NCBI GenBank assembly: GCA_964359565.1
Contig: CAYHTN010000001.1
Span: forward strand, 1 to 51,276
Origin: an uncultured Gammaproteobacteria bacterium
GTDB taxonomy: Bacteria > Patescibacteriota > Patescibacteriia > 2-12-FULL-60-25
Length of the DNA stretch: 51,276 nucleotides
Reading direction: 5' to 3'
Shown here: positions 33,829 through 43,673 of the stretch, in pieces
Layout: every line of letters starts with the position of its first letter
How positions within the stretch are numbered: the first letter of the stretch is position 1
Notes under the pieces: model-generated
What the model saw: the letters and a program-made list of their open reading frames with translations, nothing else
What the model was told of the DNA's origin: nothing
Database searches by the model: none
Program-made: the position numbers and the translations under genes

Positions 33829-34674
33829 TTAGGGTAAAATCAAGGTTGCTTCTTCTTCGTTTGCGTACCCACTACGCTGTAAGAAATAATATAAGATAAT
33901 ACGCGCAAAACGTTCTTCGGTCTTGGCATCGAGTCGCCACGTTTGTAATTTACGGACAATAAAAGAGGGGAGTGTCTGCGCGGCTCCATCACGCACGCGT
34001 AAAAGTGCTCTGATTTGCCCTAAAAAAGCTTGCATCGCCTGATTTGTTTGCGTCACTTTTGCAAGCTCGCTCCGCCACGCAGGACGCGCTTGCAAAAAAG
34101 CATCCGCAAGTTCGTACACCGAAGAAAGTTCTTCTCGATCTATCCCGAGCGAACCACCGGCCGCGCATTTACTTAATTCATTCCAGGCTGCCCACGTGTC
34201 CCCCTGTGTTTGCTCCGCGATCTTTCGTATCACGATCGGGTCTTCGCACTGCAAACGTTTTCCAAGTTGTTGTAAAAACGTCACAAACGCCTCGCCACTT
34301 AAAAGTGGGAAATCATAGCGCGTCACCTTCGTCTCACCGATCGTCGCTTTTAAGAGCGCCTCCGTAGGGATTTCTTCTTCCCGATTCACAATAATCGTAT
34401 CGTCCGTCGCTCGTGCCAGCGCCTGTTTTAAGACCGCGTGTTTTCCTTTTGGACATTCCGCGAGAAGATTCTGGGTTTTTAAAAACCGACGGGGCGTGAA
34501 TAAACTCGGTGTGTGCATCCGTTCGATCAGTTGATCGACAAGAACCGCTCCTGACGTCTCAAGACGTTCAACACTCACTTGTTCTTTATCATATTTCTGC
34601 GCGAAATGCGCTGCTAGTTCCCGAACACGCTCCTGGGCCCGAAACGCGTCTGGGCCAACACAGAGGATAAGCAT
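33829..34674 (-). CDS. holA: DNA polymerase III delta subunit-like protein
   Basis: 281 aa, helical and of delta-like length. Adjacent and divergent to rpsT, as in the Bacillus holA-rpsT arrangement, and immediately downstream of polA. No sharp motif, so the call is moderate. Confidence 0.5.
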   Translation of the reverse strand: MLILCVGPDAFRAQERVRELAAHFAQKYDKEQVSVERLETSGAVLVDQLIERMHTPSLFTPRRFLKTQNLLAECPKGKHAVLKQALARATDDTIIVNREEEIPTEALLKATIGETKVTRYDFPLLSGEAFVTFLQQLGKRLQCEDPIVIRKIAEQTQGDTWAAWNELSKCAAGGSLGIDREELSSVYELADAFLQARPAWRSELAKVTQTNQAMQAFLGQIRALLRVRDGAAQTLPSFIVRKLQTWRLDAKTEERFARIILYYFLQRSGYANEEEATLILP

Positions 34675-34680
34675 ACGATC

Positions 34681-37359
34681 TTATAATTTAAGGCGTTCCA
34701 TTTCTGCCCAGTTTTTTCCGGACTTTGTTTCTACAAGAATCGGAACACCGAATTTCTCAACCGATTCCATGATTTCTTTTAAGGCACGGGCGAGCCTATG
34801 CACATCTTTATCTGGCACTTCTAAAACCAATTCATCGTGCACTTGAAGCAGGAGCCGAGCGAATGGACAGAGCGTGGGAAGTTCACGATCCACCACCATC
34901 ATGGCGCGCTTCATGAGGTCGGCGTCTGTTCCTTGAATCGGCATATTGATGGCCATACGCTCTGCTTGAGCACGCAGCTGATGCACGTGAGAGGCAAGAT
35001 CAGGTAAATAGCGTCGACGACCAGAGAGTGTTTCAACATACCCCTGCGCGTGCGCGAGTGCTTTTGTTTGAGCCATATATTCGTGCACGCCCTTGTAGAC
35101 ATCGAAGTAGGTGGCGATGAATTGCTTTGCTTCCGCATACGAAATTCCCGCCACTTGTGAAAGCCCTTGAGGGCCTTGGCCAAAAATAATCCCGAAGTTA
35201 ATCGCTTTCGCAATGCTTCGCTGTTCCTTGGTTACATCCGAAAGAGGAATGCTCCAAATCGCAGATGCCGTTGCAGTATGAATATCTTTGCCTTCACGAA
35301 AGGCTTGAAGCATTTTTTCATCATGCGCGATTGCGGCGACCAAACGTAATTCGATCTGCGAGTAATCACAAGAAAGCAGTGTATATCCTGGAGACGCGAT
35401 GAATGCTTTACGAATCCGTCGGCCAAGCTCGGTCCGAATCGGAATATTTTGGAGATTGGGATCCGTTGAAGACAGCCGACCAGTCGCTGCAATCGCTTGA
35501 TGATAGGTGGTATGAATCCGTGATGTATGATCGACAAGGTCTGGCAATGTTTCGACGTAGGTCGAAAGCATTTTTGCCAGTTCACGATGTTCTTCAATCA
35601 ATTCGATCAATGGGTGCTGCCCGCGTAATTTTTCGAGCTCTGAAGCTGCCGTCGAAAAACCAGTTTTTCCTTTCTTAATTCCTTTTGAGGGTAGCTTCAG
35701 ATCGCCAAATAAAATCTCTGACAACTGCGCTGGCGAGGCTGGGTTAAAGGATTTTCCCACCAACGTCTCCATGCGAACTTCAAGAGATTTTTTATCGTCT
35801 TGCAATTCTTTCGCGAGGGCACGCAGATAGGGAACATCGACTGCGATCCCGTGCTCCTCCATACGTGCCAAGACCGGAATAAGCGGAAGTTCGTAGGTCG
35901 CAAGAATCGATTGTAATTTTTCTTTTTCTAGCTCGGCGCGAAGACGTATTATAAGCTCATAGACCAGGGTCCCTGCCTCCATCGCGGTTTGTGGTGTCGT
36001 CGGTTCCAGTTGATAGCGTACTGCCAGTGAAGAAAGATCATAGGCGCGATCACCCGCAAGCAAAAGGTAGGCCGCGAGCATCGTATCAAAATGCCACTCG
36101 TCTACCACGATGCCAATCTGAACGAGGGAACGACGTTGCTTTTTTGCATCATGACTGACACGACGCATTGCTGAAAGAATGACTGTTTCCAGAACCTTTT
36201 TCACCCGTATATCTTGAAGCAGGGTGTCCGGAAAACAGAGCCCTTCGTGCGCACGTGCGAGCACGACGTCCTGCAACTGCTGGGCAAAGAGCGATCCTTC
36301 CGCCGCATGAAAATACACCAGGAGCTCATCCGCATTTTTCCACTCAGCTAATACCCGCACGAGTTCTGATGCGCTCGTGATCTGTCTCCAAATGAGATCT
36401 TTTATCTTCTGTGTGCCTTTTATTTTTTTTGTGACTACTAGCTCTTCCGTAGCAGACGTGTGCTCTTGTTTTTTAGGAGCTGATTCTTTCTTTCCTTCTT
36501 TTACCAGTGATTTAAAACCCATCCGCACAAAAAAAGCATGGGTCGCTTCCGTCACATTTAATGATTGCTTTTCAATACGCCAGTCGATGGGCACACTCGT
36601 GTGAATACGGACAAGGTCAAGCGTCGCCGCAATTCCATCTTCGCCTGCGAGAAGCTTCGCTCGAACCGAAGGGGAGAGATCACTGGAAGCATCGTGGGCA
36701 GCCAAAAATATCTGCTTCAAATTTCCAAACCGCTGTAACAAATCGGTTGCTCCTTTTTCTCCAATCCCTTTGATACCAGGAATATTATCCGAAGGATCCC
36801 CGCGCATGGCCTTGTACTCAACAAATTGGGAGGTGGTGAGACCAAATTCTTTTTGCAATTCTGCTTCATCGTATGTCACCGTTTCGCTGACCCCTTTCTT
36901 AAAAGCAAGAACCGAGATATGTGGACCGATAAGCTGAAGCGCATCTCGATCGCCGGTCACGATCATCACCTGCCATCCTTCGCGAGCAGCACGGAGCGCA
37001 ATCGTCCCGATCAGATCATCCGCCTCAAAACCATCCAACGAGAGGGAAGGAATACCGAATGTTTCTAATCCCTCTTGAATCAGAGGAATCTGTTCATATA
37101 ATTCGTCCGGTTGCTTCTCTCGCTGCGTCTTATATTCTTTATAGGCTTCGTGACGAAACGTTGGCGCTTTCGTGTCCCAACAAGCAACACAGGCATCCGG
37201 AGAACGGTCTTGAATGAGGCGGAGCGCAAAGCGCACGACGCCATAAACGGCATTGACCATCTGACCCTCCGGGCTCGTAAGCGGAGGGAGGGCGTGCCAG
37301 GCTCGATGGAGCATGGCATTGGCATCAAAAATGTAGAGCGTTGGTCGAAGAGAAGACAT
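34681..37359 (-). CDS. polA: DNA polymerase I (5'-3' exonuclease + Klenow-like polymerase)
   Basis: 5'-nuclease motifs (LYIFDANAMLHRAWHAL, GDRDALQL, GIKGIGEKGA); polymerase motifs A (LLSCDYSQIELR), B (RSIAKAINFGIIFG) and C (LQVHDELVLE). Start set at the ATG at 37359 (MSSLRP); the tracked 37407 extension is judged spurious. Confidence 0.95.
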   Translation of the reverse strand: MSSLRPTLYIFDANAMLHRAWHALPPLTSPEGQMVNAVYGVVRFALRLIQDRSPDACVACWDTKAPTFRHEAYKEYKTQREKQPDELYEQIPLIQEGLETFGIPSLSLDGFEADDLIGTIALRAAREGWQVMIVTGDRDALQLIGPHISVLAFKKGVSETVTYDEAELQKEFGLTTSQFVEYKAMRGDPSDNIPGIKGIGEKGATDLLQRFGNLKQIFLAAHDASSDLSPSVRAKLLAGEDGIAATLDLVRIHTSVPIDWRIEKQSLNVTEATHAFFVRMGFKSLVKEGKKESAPKKQEHTSATEELVVTKKIKGTQKIKDLIWRQITSASELVRVLAEWKNADELLVYFHAAEGSLFAQQLQDVVLARAHEGLCFPDTLLQDIRVKKVLETVILSAMRRVSHDAKKQRRSLVQIGIVVDEWHFDTMLAAYLLLAGDRAYDLSSLAVRYQLEPTTPQTAMEAGTLVYELIIRLRAELEKEKLQSILATYELPLIPVLARMEEHGIAVDVPYLRALAKELQDDKKSLEVRMETLVGKSFNPASPAQLSEILFGDLKLPSKGIKKGKTGFSTAASELEKLRGQHPLIELIEEHRELAKMLSTYVETLPDLVDHTSRIHTTYHQAIAATGRLSSTDPNLQNIPIRTELGRRIRKAFIASPGYTLLSCDYSQIELRLVAAIAHDEKMLQAFREGKDIHTATASAIWSIPLSDVTKEQRSIAKAINFGIIFGQGPQGLSQVAGISYAEAKQFIATYFDVYKGVHEYMAQTKALAHAQGYVETLSGRRRYLPDLASHVHQLRAQAERMAINMPIQGTDADLMKRAMMVVDRELPTLCPFARLLLQVHDELVLEVPDKDVHRLARALKEIMESVEKFGVPILVETKSGKNWAEMERLKL

Positions 37360-37434
37360 GCGGGGAGCGTAGCAAAAAAGAACGCGCCGGTCATGCTTGA
37401 GTTGCACGAACAGCGCGGGAAGGGAGAAGGGGGA

Positions 37435-38409
37435 TCAGGAGATGGTTTTGGCCGCCACTTGGCCGAACCGAAAGAAACGAGCGAGATTCGGGCCTGTCGC
37501 CGGAATCGCCTTGGCACGAACAGGCGGCTGCTTCCTCGTCACGGTGGGCGCAGGCGGGAGCGGGAAGACCGGGATCGGCTTCCCGAGACGATTGCCTTCG
37601 AGAAGAGCGCGGTAGCCATGGCCGCCCATCTTCGTGACCCTCACGGCCAACTTGTCACCGTCACGCTCGAGACTCCAGCTGAGACGTTCGCAGGTGGGCG
37701 GCTTGGGCAGCCGACCGAGCTTGCGCCAGAGACCCCTGTCGTTGAGCTCTTCCGACGTGGCCACGCGTGACACGGCGAAGACCTCGCCCGTCGCGCCGTC
37801 CACGAGCAGCTGGTCATTCCCCGTGCCATCTCCAAGAAGGAGGTGATCCGGCTGTGCCCAGAGCCCACGCCGGAGGCTCCATGCCAGCCGGTTCGCCGGC
37901 TGGCGAGAGAACACCGCCCGCCTCGGGTGAGCACCGAGGAAAGCAGCGAACGAGTCGAACAGGATCCTGAAGCGATCGTTCGTGGGGAAGCCCGCGCCGC
38001 GTACCCCACCGATTTGGGCCACGTACCCCCCCGCACCTACCGCGAAGTTGACGAGTTGCTCGCAGGGACGCCCCTCGAACAAGGTCACCTTCGTCCCCAC
38101 GTCAGAGGGGGCGGTCGAGAGAGAGACCACGAAACGATCATCCTTCCAGGACACACCCGTGACCTGATCGCTCGTCACCCCCGCACGCGTGAAGCGATCG
38201 AAGGGGTCCTGCTCGGCCCTGCCGAGCATCCCCTGAACCACGATGCCTCCCGCTGCGACGTCACGAACCTTGAACCCCATCGCCTTGAGCCCTGAACCCT
38301 GAACCTGTACCGAGAACGTCATTTGTTGAGCCCTGACCATTGAAACCTTGACCCTCGAGGCCCCGCACCCAATTGCGAGACCAAAATAAGCACACATACC
38401 AAGGCACAT
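37435..38409 (-). CDS. hypothetical lipoprotein encoded by a very GC-rich gene
   Basis: 324 aa with lipobox-like FGLAIGC near the N-terminus. 45/60 G+C at 37861-37920, against about 42-47% in neighbouring genes. Confidence 0.6.
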   Translation of the reverse strand: MCLGMCAYFGLAIGCGASRVKVSMVRAQQMTFSVQVQGSGLKAMGFKVRDVAAGGIVVQGMLGRAEQDPFDRFTRAGVTSDQVTGVSWKDDRFVVSLSTAPSDVGTKVTLFEGRPCEQLVNFAVGAGGYVAQIGGVRGAGFPTNDRFRILFDSFAAFLGAHPRRAVFSRQPANRLAWSLRRGLWAQPDHLLLGDGTGNDQLLVDGATGEVFAVSRVATSEELNDRGLWRKLGRLPKPPTCERLSWSLERDGDKLAVRVTKMGGHGYRALLEGNRLGKPIPVFPLPPAPTVTRKQPPVRAKAIPATGPNLARFFRFGQVAAKTIS

Positions 38410-38551
38410 GCCACTGGCACGTCTGACATATTTTCGATAGTTTTCTCCTAATCGTGTGAAAGAGCCTTGTCCTCCGGAAATCGAAGAACGCCCCCAGCAT
38501 GGACTGGTTTTATAATATAGTCAAGGGTTTCTAGGCTATTTTTTGATAACG

Positions 38552-38572
38552 AAAAACATCTCTTTCGAGATG
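38552..38572 (-). terminator. rho-independent terminator after tRNA-Cys
   Basis: Minus-strand CATCTC-GAAA-GAGATG followed by TTTTT. Confidence 0.6.
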
Positions 38573-38580
38573 CTTTCCGT

Positions 38581-38655
<75 letters not shown>

Positions 38656-38764
38656 ACGTCGATCGATGACTCTTCTTCCGAACGGTGCGATGGTAACAAA
38701 CGTCTAGAAGATCGTAAAGATTCAAAATAACTGCCTCAGGGCAGTTATTTTTGTTTTGTATTGA

Positions 38765-39376
38765 TTATACCGCCAAGCGATGGCACATCCCTCGTTTCTT
38801 TCCGACGAGATGCTTCCAATTCGTTTCGCCGGTACCCCATTCGATCACTTCGATCTGGAGGTTTCGTTTGATGCCGAACTGACGCATGTCCTTCTTTTGT
38901 GCCATCCAAACGTCAATACGATGGGTGTAGCGCTTATTCATGCGGTCGTGCACGGTGAAGATTTTATCACCAAACTGGGTCGGAATACGCACCTTGGTTC
39001 CAATCGGAAGGAAGTTCGAGGCAATCATGCCAAAATAGGTACAGGTACCGTCCGCAGCTAATTCTGGCGTATCATCCGTTTCTTCAGGAGAAGAGGTGTA
39101 GGAAGTCGCATCGACACGATAGGTCTTCAGGGCGATTGGACGGGTATTGGTCGCGGTTGGAATTTCTTCGATCGAATCTTCCTCATCAGTGTCAGCCGGA
39201 GTTGTTTCATCCGTTTGGACCGTCGTTGTCGAAGTTGTGATCTGAGGCCCAGAAGAAACGGTCACAGTCTCTGCGAAAGAGGTTGCTGCTGCAAAAGAAG
39301 CATGAACATCTACCGATAACATCCCAAATACGACAACGAAGGAGACCAGGACACGAACAAGAGGGGATTGGGTCAT
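38765..39376 (-). CDS. secreted 3D-domain (RlpA/MltA-like double-psi beta-barrel) protein
   Basis: 203 aa with a signal peptide and a Thr/Asp-rich linker. C-terminal VDATSYTSSPEETDDTP...GTCTYFGMIASNFLPIGTKVRIP...FTVHDRMN...IDVWM is typical of 3D domains. Confidence 0.75.
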   Translation of the reverse strand: MTQSPLVRVLVSFVVVFGMLSVDVHASFAAATSFAETVTVSSGPQITTSTTTVQTDETTPADTDEEDSIEEIPTATNTRPIALKTYRVDATSYTSSPEETDDTPELAADGTCTYFGMIASNFLPIGTKVRIPTQFGDKIFTVHDRMNKRYTHRIDVWMAQKKDMRQFGIKRNLQIEVIEWGTGETNWKHLVGKKRGMCHRLAV

Positions 39377-39554
39377 GACAAGAAAATCGAAGTCCGTGAA
39401 AAGCGCGTCTAGAGGACTTCCGACCGGTACAATAGGGTCCTCTAAATGTCGTTTCTCAAGTTAAGGTACTTCGATTCGTAAGGATCATTTATACCAGATT
39501 TGCCCTATTTTGTCAATGGGAATACACTAAAAAAGAACTTGAATTAGCCAAAAA

Positions 39555-42446
39555 ATGAGCTTCCTTTCGACTTTTATTGCTATGTTTAAACGAACTCCTG
39601 GAACCCCTTCTACGCCTAAACGCCGCTTCCCCTGGAAGCGCCTCTTTCGAGCCCTGCTTTGGATCAGCGGTATTGGTTTGGTGTTGGGATTTTTCGTCGT
39701 CACGATCGCCCTCGCCTGGGTGAGCCGGGATCTTCCCGACCCAAACACCCTTTCGACCCGTGAAGTGCCTCAATCAACCCGTATCTACGACCGGACGGGA
39801 GAGCATCTCCTCTACGAGATCCACGGAGACGAAAAACGAACTCTGATCAAAATTGCAGACGTACCTCGCTATGTGCCGATGGCGACCGTCTCAATCGAAG
39901 ATCGGAAATTTTATGAACATCACGGCGTCTACTGGCGTGGTCTGTTCCGCGCCGTGGTCGTAAACACCCTTCGTGGTGAGCGTATTAAAGGAACATCAAC
40001 CCTCACACAGCAGTTAGTGAAAAACGCGATCTTAACAAACGAACGCAGTCTCCTACGTAAAGCAAAAGAATTTATCCTTGCACTTCAAATCGAACGCACC
40101 TATAGCAAAGATGAAATTCTTCAATTGTATTTGAATGAGATTCCGTACGGCTCGACCATTTATGGGATTGAATCGGCCGCACAAACCTACTTTGGTAAAT
40201 CTGCGCAAGACCTCACTCTTGATGAGGCCGCTCTTCTTGCCGCCATTCCTCAAGCACCTGATCTGTATTCTCCATATGGAACCGGTCTGCATGGGGATAA
40301 TCGTGACCGCTTAGTCGTTCGTCAGCGATACATTTTGGATCTCCTGGCCGAACAAGGCTATGTTCCCAAAGAAGAGGCGGAGGTCGCGAAGACCATGAAA
40401 ACACTCGACAAGATTCGTCCTAAAAAAATTAGCGGCATCGATGCACCTCACTTTGTGATGTATGTCCGCTCGCTCTTGGTTGATAAATATGGGCAAAAGC
40501 AGGTGGAACAGGGCGGTCTTAAAGTGATCACGACACTTGATTGGAAAAAACAGCAGATCGCCGAACGCGAAGTGAAAAAGGGCGTAGATACCCGTGGCAA
40601 AGAATATAAGTTCACCAACGCTGCCTTAATCTCACTCGATCCAAAAACCGGACAAGTCGTTGCGATGGTAGGCTCCAAAGACTTTTTTGACACTGCCAAT
40701 GATGGGCAGGTGAATATCACCATCCGTCCACGTCAACCAGGATCGAGTTTCAAACCAATCGTCTATGGTCTCGCCTTCAACCGCGGCTATCTTCCTCAAA
40801 CCCAACTTTGGGACGTGACTACCAATTTTCGTGTCGATAATAATTCGTATACCCCCAATAACTACGACTTTAAAGAACGTGGTCCGGTCAGTTTACGACA
40901 AGCACTACAAGGCTCTCTCAATATCCCCGCCGTCGAGCTCATCTATCTGAATGGCGTCGGACGAACAATCGATTTTGCCGAACGTCTTGGCTATAGCACC
41001 CTCGGAGATCGTAGCCGCTTTGGTCTTTCGCTCGCGCTTGGCAGTGGCGAAGTGAAACCCATCGAACACGCTTCCGCCTTCGCGACCTTCGCGAACGATG
41101 GTGTTCGTTTACCAACCAATGCCATTCTTCGTGTCGAAGGCTCCGACGGTATCGTTTTGGATGAGTGGAAACAGCCCGAAGGAGAACGCGTGATGGAGAG
41201 CCAAGGGGCACGACTCCTTTCGAATGTCTTAAGTGACACTTCTGCCCGTACCTATATCTTTGGCGCGCGCAGCGCTCTCCTTACCCTCCCTGATCGTCAG
41301 GTCGCCGCCAAAACCGGAACAACAAATAGTTTTAAAGATGCCTGGACCGTTGGTTATACCCCTAATCTCGTATCCGTGGTTTGGGTTGGGAACAGCGATG
41401 GTACTGACATGAAAAAAGGTGCTGACGGTTCTGTGATCGCCGCTCCTATCTGGAATGCGTACATGAAAGAAGCAACGAAAGATCTTCCAAAAGAACGTTT
41501 CAAAGAACCGGCACCGGGAGAAACAAAAAACCTCGCCTTACTCGGTCAAGTCTTTTTTCAAAAATTAAAAGTTGATCGTATCTCAGGCAAACTCGCAACC
41601 GAGCAAACCCCGGCTGAATTCGTGGAAGAGCGTTCGTATATTGTTCCTCATTCGATCTTGTACTACCTAGAAAAAGACGACATCAACGGTCCACCTCCAA
41701 CTAATCCCGCTCAAGATCCCCAATTTGAAGCATGGGAACGCGCGATCAAAAATTGGTTGCCAAAATCTCCATACGCAACCAGTACCGCACCCACAGAATA
41801 CGACGACGTGCATACGCCAACCACCAAACCAGAAGTCAGCCTGCTCGAACCGAGAAATAATCAGGTTATTGTTGGCCGTACCCTTACGATTCGTCCGAGC
41901 ATCACTTCGGTTCGCACCGTCGTACGCGTTGAAGCGAGTATCGATAATAATCTCATTGCCACCGCAGGGAGCTCTCCTTGGACGATGGGCGGGTCCTTCC
42001 CTTCGTTCGTCGAGAATAGTTCCATCCATACCCTGAACGTCACTGCGATCGATGACGCGGGAAATCGAGGCGAAGTGGAGGTACAGGTCCAGTATCAAGC
42101 ACAGAACGCTTCTGGAGGCATCCTTGTCCCGATCTCAAACATCCTTTCAGCCCCTCGACCAAGTATCGAGATCGAAGGCCAGCGACCCCTGAGCTGGTCT
42201 TCGAGCGGCGACAACAGCGTAAATCTGCGTGTAGAAGAACCTAGTCAATATATCCGTATCGATCTTTCTCTCATCACCCGCGACGGGGTCGTGAATCCAC
42301 TCACCACCGTCAATCCACCCTTTAGTGAAGCATTTACCATCGCCGTTGATCGAGCCTTCGCCTCGGGATCGTATACGCTCCACGTCTCTGGTTTCCGCAA
42401 TAGCGGCGAGATAGATACCGCCGATGTCGGTGTGACGGTGCCATAG
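39555..42446 (+). CDS. class A penicillin-binding protein (GT51 glycosyltransferase + transpeptidase) with Ig-like C-terminal extension
   Basis: 963 aa: N-terminal TM helix; GT51 motifs (SIEDRKFYEHHG, GTSTLTQQLVKN, RKAKE); transpeptidase motifs SSFKP, SLN and KTGTT. Confidence 0.93.
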   Translation: MSFLSTFIAMFKRTPGTPSTPKRRFPWKRLFRALLWISGIGLVLGFFVVTIALAWVSRDLPDPNTLSTREVPQSTRIYDRTGEHLLYEIHGDEKRTLIKIADVPRYVPMATVSIEDRKFYEHHGVYWRGLFRAVVVNTLRGERIKGTSTLTQQLVKNAILTNERSLLRKAKEFILALQIERTYSKDEILQLYLNEIPYGSTIYGIESAAQTYFGKSAQDLTLDEAALLAAIPQAPDLYSPYGTGLHGDNRDRLVVRQRYILDLLAEQGYVPKEEAEVAKTMKTLDKIRPKKISGIDAPHFVMYVRSLLVDKYGQKQVEQGGLKVITTLDWKKQQIAEREVKKGVDTRGKEYKFTNAALISLDPKTGQVVAMVGSKDFFDTANDGQVNITIRPRQPGSSFKPIVYGLAFNRGYLPQTQLWDVTTNFRVDNNSYTPNNYDFKERGPVSLRQALQGSLNIPAVELIYLNGVGRTIDFAERLGYSTLGDRSRFGLSLALGSGEVKPIEHASAFATFANDGVRLPTNAILRVEGSDGIVLDEWKQPEGERVMESQGARLLSNVLSDTSARTYIFGARSALLTLPDRQVAAKTGTTNSFKDAWTVGYTPNLVSVVWVGNSDGTDMKKGADGSVIAAPIWNAYMKEATKDLPKERFKEPAPGETKNLALLGQVFFQKLKVDRISGKLATEQTPAEFVEERSYIVPHSILYYLEKDDINGPPPTNPAQDPQFEAWERAIKNWLPKSPYATSTAPTEYDDVHTPTTKPEVSLLEPRNNQVIVGRTLTIRPSITSVRTVVRVEASIDNNLIATAGSSPWTMGGSFPSFVENSSIHTLNVTAIDDAGNRGEVEVQVQYQAQNASGGILVPISNILSAPRPSIEIEGQRPLSWSSSGDNSVNLRVEEPSQYIRIDLSLITRDGVVNPLTTVNPPFSEAFTIAVDRAFASGSYTLHVSGFRNSGEIDTADVGVTVP

Positions 42447-42547
42447 GAGATTCTCCTCCTCTGACACGCCGTTTGCGTCTCGACTAAGCTCGCTGAAGTC
42501 GAACAATGTACCAAGGAGAACAAAGAGAAGGACTTCCTTTCATACGC

Positions 42548-42747
42548 CATCCTCGGAAAATCACTCGATCACTAAGAAAGACGTAGTGATTTGTCCGAGG
42601 ATCCAGTCCTCACGAACGACTAGTGAGTGAAGAGAAATATTAAGGGTTTTATCCTCTGATAGCTTAGGTTGTCACTGGTCGCTCCTCCAAGTGGATCCCC
42701 GGATAAATCACCTATCTTTTTATTTATGGTGTGATTTTCCGAGGATG
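42548..42747. repeat. 200-bp MITE-like unit bounded by perfect 17-bp terminal inverted repeats, with a third internal copy
   Basis: CATCCTCGGAAAATCAC at 42548-42564 and its exact reverse complement at 42731-42747. A third copy, AGTGATTTGTCCGAGGAT (42585-42602), pairs with the first to form a 17-bp stem with one bulge. Confidence 0.5.
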
Positions 42748-42850
42748 ACGGAATGGGCCATAATCATACTCCTGCGAATAGATACAAGAAAAAGCAGCCA
42801 CTATTTTGGCTAAAACAAGACTTCTTAAAAAATACCTCCTTGCCAGGCTC

Positions 42851-42884
42851 CAGGGCTTCTGATTGACAAAAGCCCTGTTTTTTG
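42851..42884 (+). terminator. rho-independent terminator about 400 nt after the PBP stop
   Basis: Stem CAGGGCTT/AAGCCCTG followed by TTTTTTG. Confidence 0.7.
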
Positions 42885-42950
42885 CTTTAATTACACGTCC
42901 GTCTCGCGAAAATCTCGCGTGCACGACCCACTACCGGAGGTGGACTTTCC

Positions 42951-43568
42951 ATGCGAAGCATCATCATGTTTCTGTTCGTCGTTGCCTGCCCGGGCTGCGG
43001 CGACATCCCGGACCCGGACCAGACCGGTCGGATCCGGGGCACCGTCGCCGACGGCGGTGTCAGCGGATGCGCCGAAGGTCAGGTGGGGCGCACCCTCACC
43101 TACTTCACCCACGACGTACGACAGTCGCCCGCGTGGGCTAGCGCCACGCGCACCTGGTGCTGCCCGGCCGGGAGCACGTTCGCCCAGTGCCCGGGACGGG
43201 CTCTCCTCAACACCGCCTGCATGGGGGACTGGCCGGGGCAGACCTGCCCCACGACTCTCTTCGTCGGCCGTGCCTGCGCGACCAACGCCGACTGCCCGAC
43301 CGAACTTCGGTGTGAGCAGGTGGTCGCGAACGGCGCGCGGTTCTGCACGAGCCCGTGCTCGGTCATTCCGGGCGGTGGGCTGGACGAGTGCACCCCGCTC
43401 CGCGGGGAGTGCATGCCGACGCGCGGCAACGAAGAGGGTCGCTGCTTCCCGCGGTGCACCCTCCCGAACAGCACTGACTTCTCGAGCTGTTCGATCGGGG
43501 TCTGCGCCATCGCGTCCGACGAGCCGCCCGGCTCGCGTCGAGGGATCTGCTACCCAACGAGCCGCTGA
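42951..43568 (+). CDS. cysteine-rich lipoprotein encoded by a very GC-rich gene
   Basis: 205 aa with GGAGGTG 8 nt upstream. Signal peptide plus lipobox (MFLFVVAC) and 20 Cys in total. 40/60 G+C at 43081-43140, against 25/60 in dnaN at 44001-44060. Confidence 0.65.
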   Translation: MRSIIMFLFVVACPGCGDIPDPDQTGRIRGTVADGGVSGCAEGQVGRTLTYFTHDVRQSPAWASATRTWCCPAGSTFAQCPGRALLNTACMGDWPGQTCPTTLFVGRACATNADCPTELRCEQVVANGARFCTSPCSVIPGGGLDECTPLRGECMPTRGNEEGRCFPRCTLPNSTDFSSCSIGVCAIASDEPPGSRRGICYPTSR

Positions 43569-43630
43569 TCTTCAACGTCTCATCACCCCCTTCCATCAAA
43601 CTAACGATGCGGAGGGACTCTTTTTTTACG

Positions 43631-43656
43631 AAAAGGGGCACGACGCGTCGTGCCCC
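43631..43656 (-). terminator. terminator after dnaN
   Basis: 22-bp perfect palindrome GGGGCACGACGCGTCGTGCCCC (43635-43656), followed on the minus strand by TTTTCGTAAAAAAA. Confidence 0.7.
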
Positions 43657-43673
43657 TACAATGATTCGTGGGA

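Noticed and set aside
37111-38295. Several + strand ORFs (219 aa, 150 aa, 70 aa and others) across the polA start and the GC-rich lipoprotein gene
   Set aside because: All are R/P/S-rich and overlap better-supported minus-strand genes. They are shadow ORFs.
42934-42942. GGAAAGTCC on the minus strand (an RNase P P4-like 9-mer)
   Set aside because: It overlaps the RBS and start codon of the lipoprotein gene. The downstream minus-strand sequence lacks the other universally conserved RNase P elements and is interrupted by a + strand terminator.
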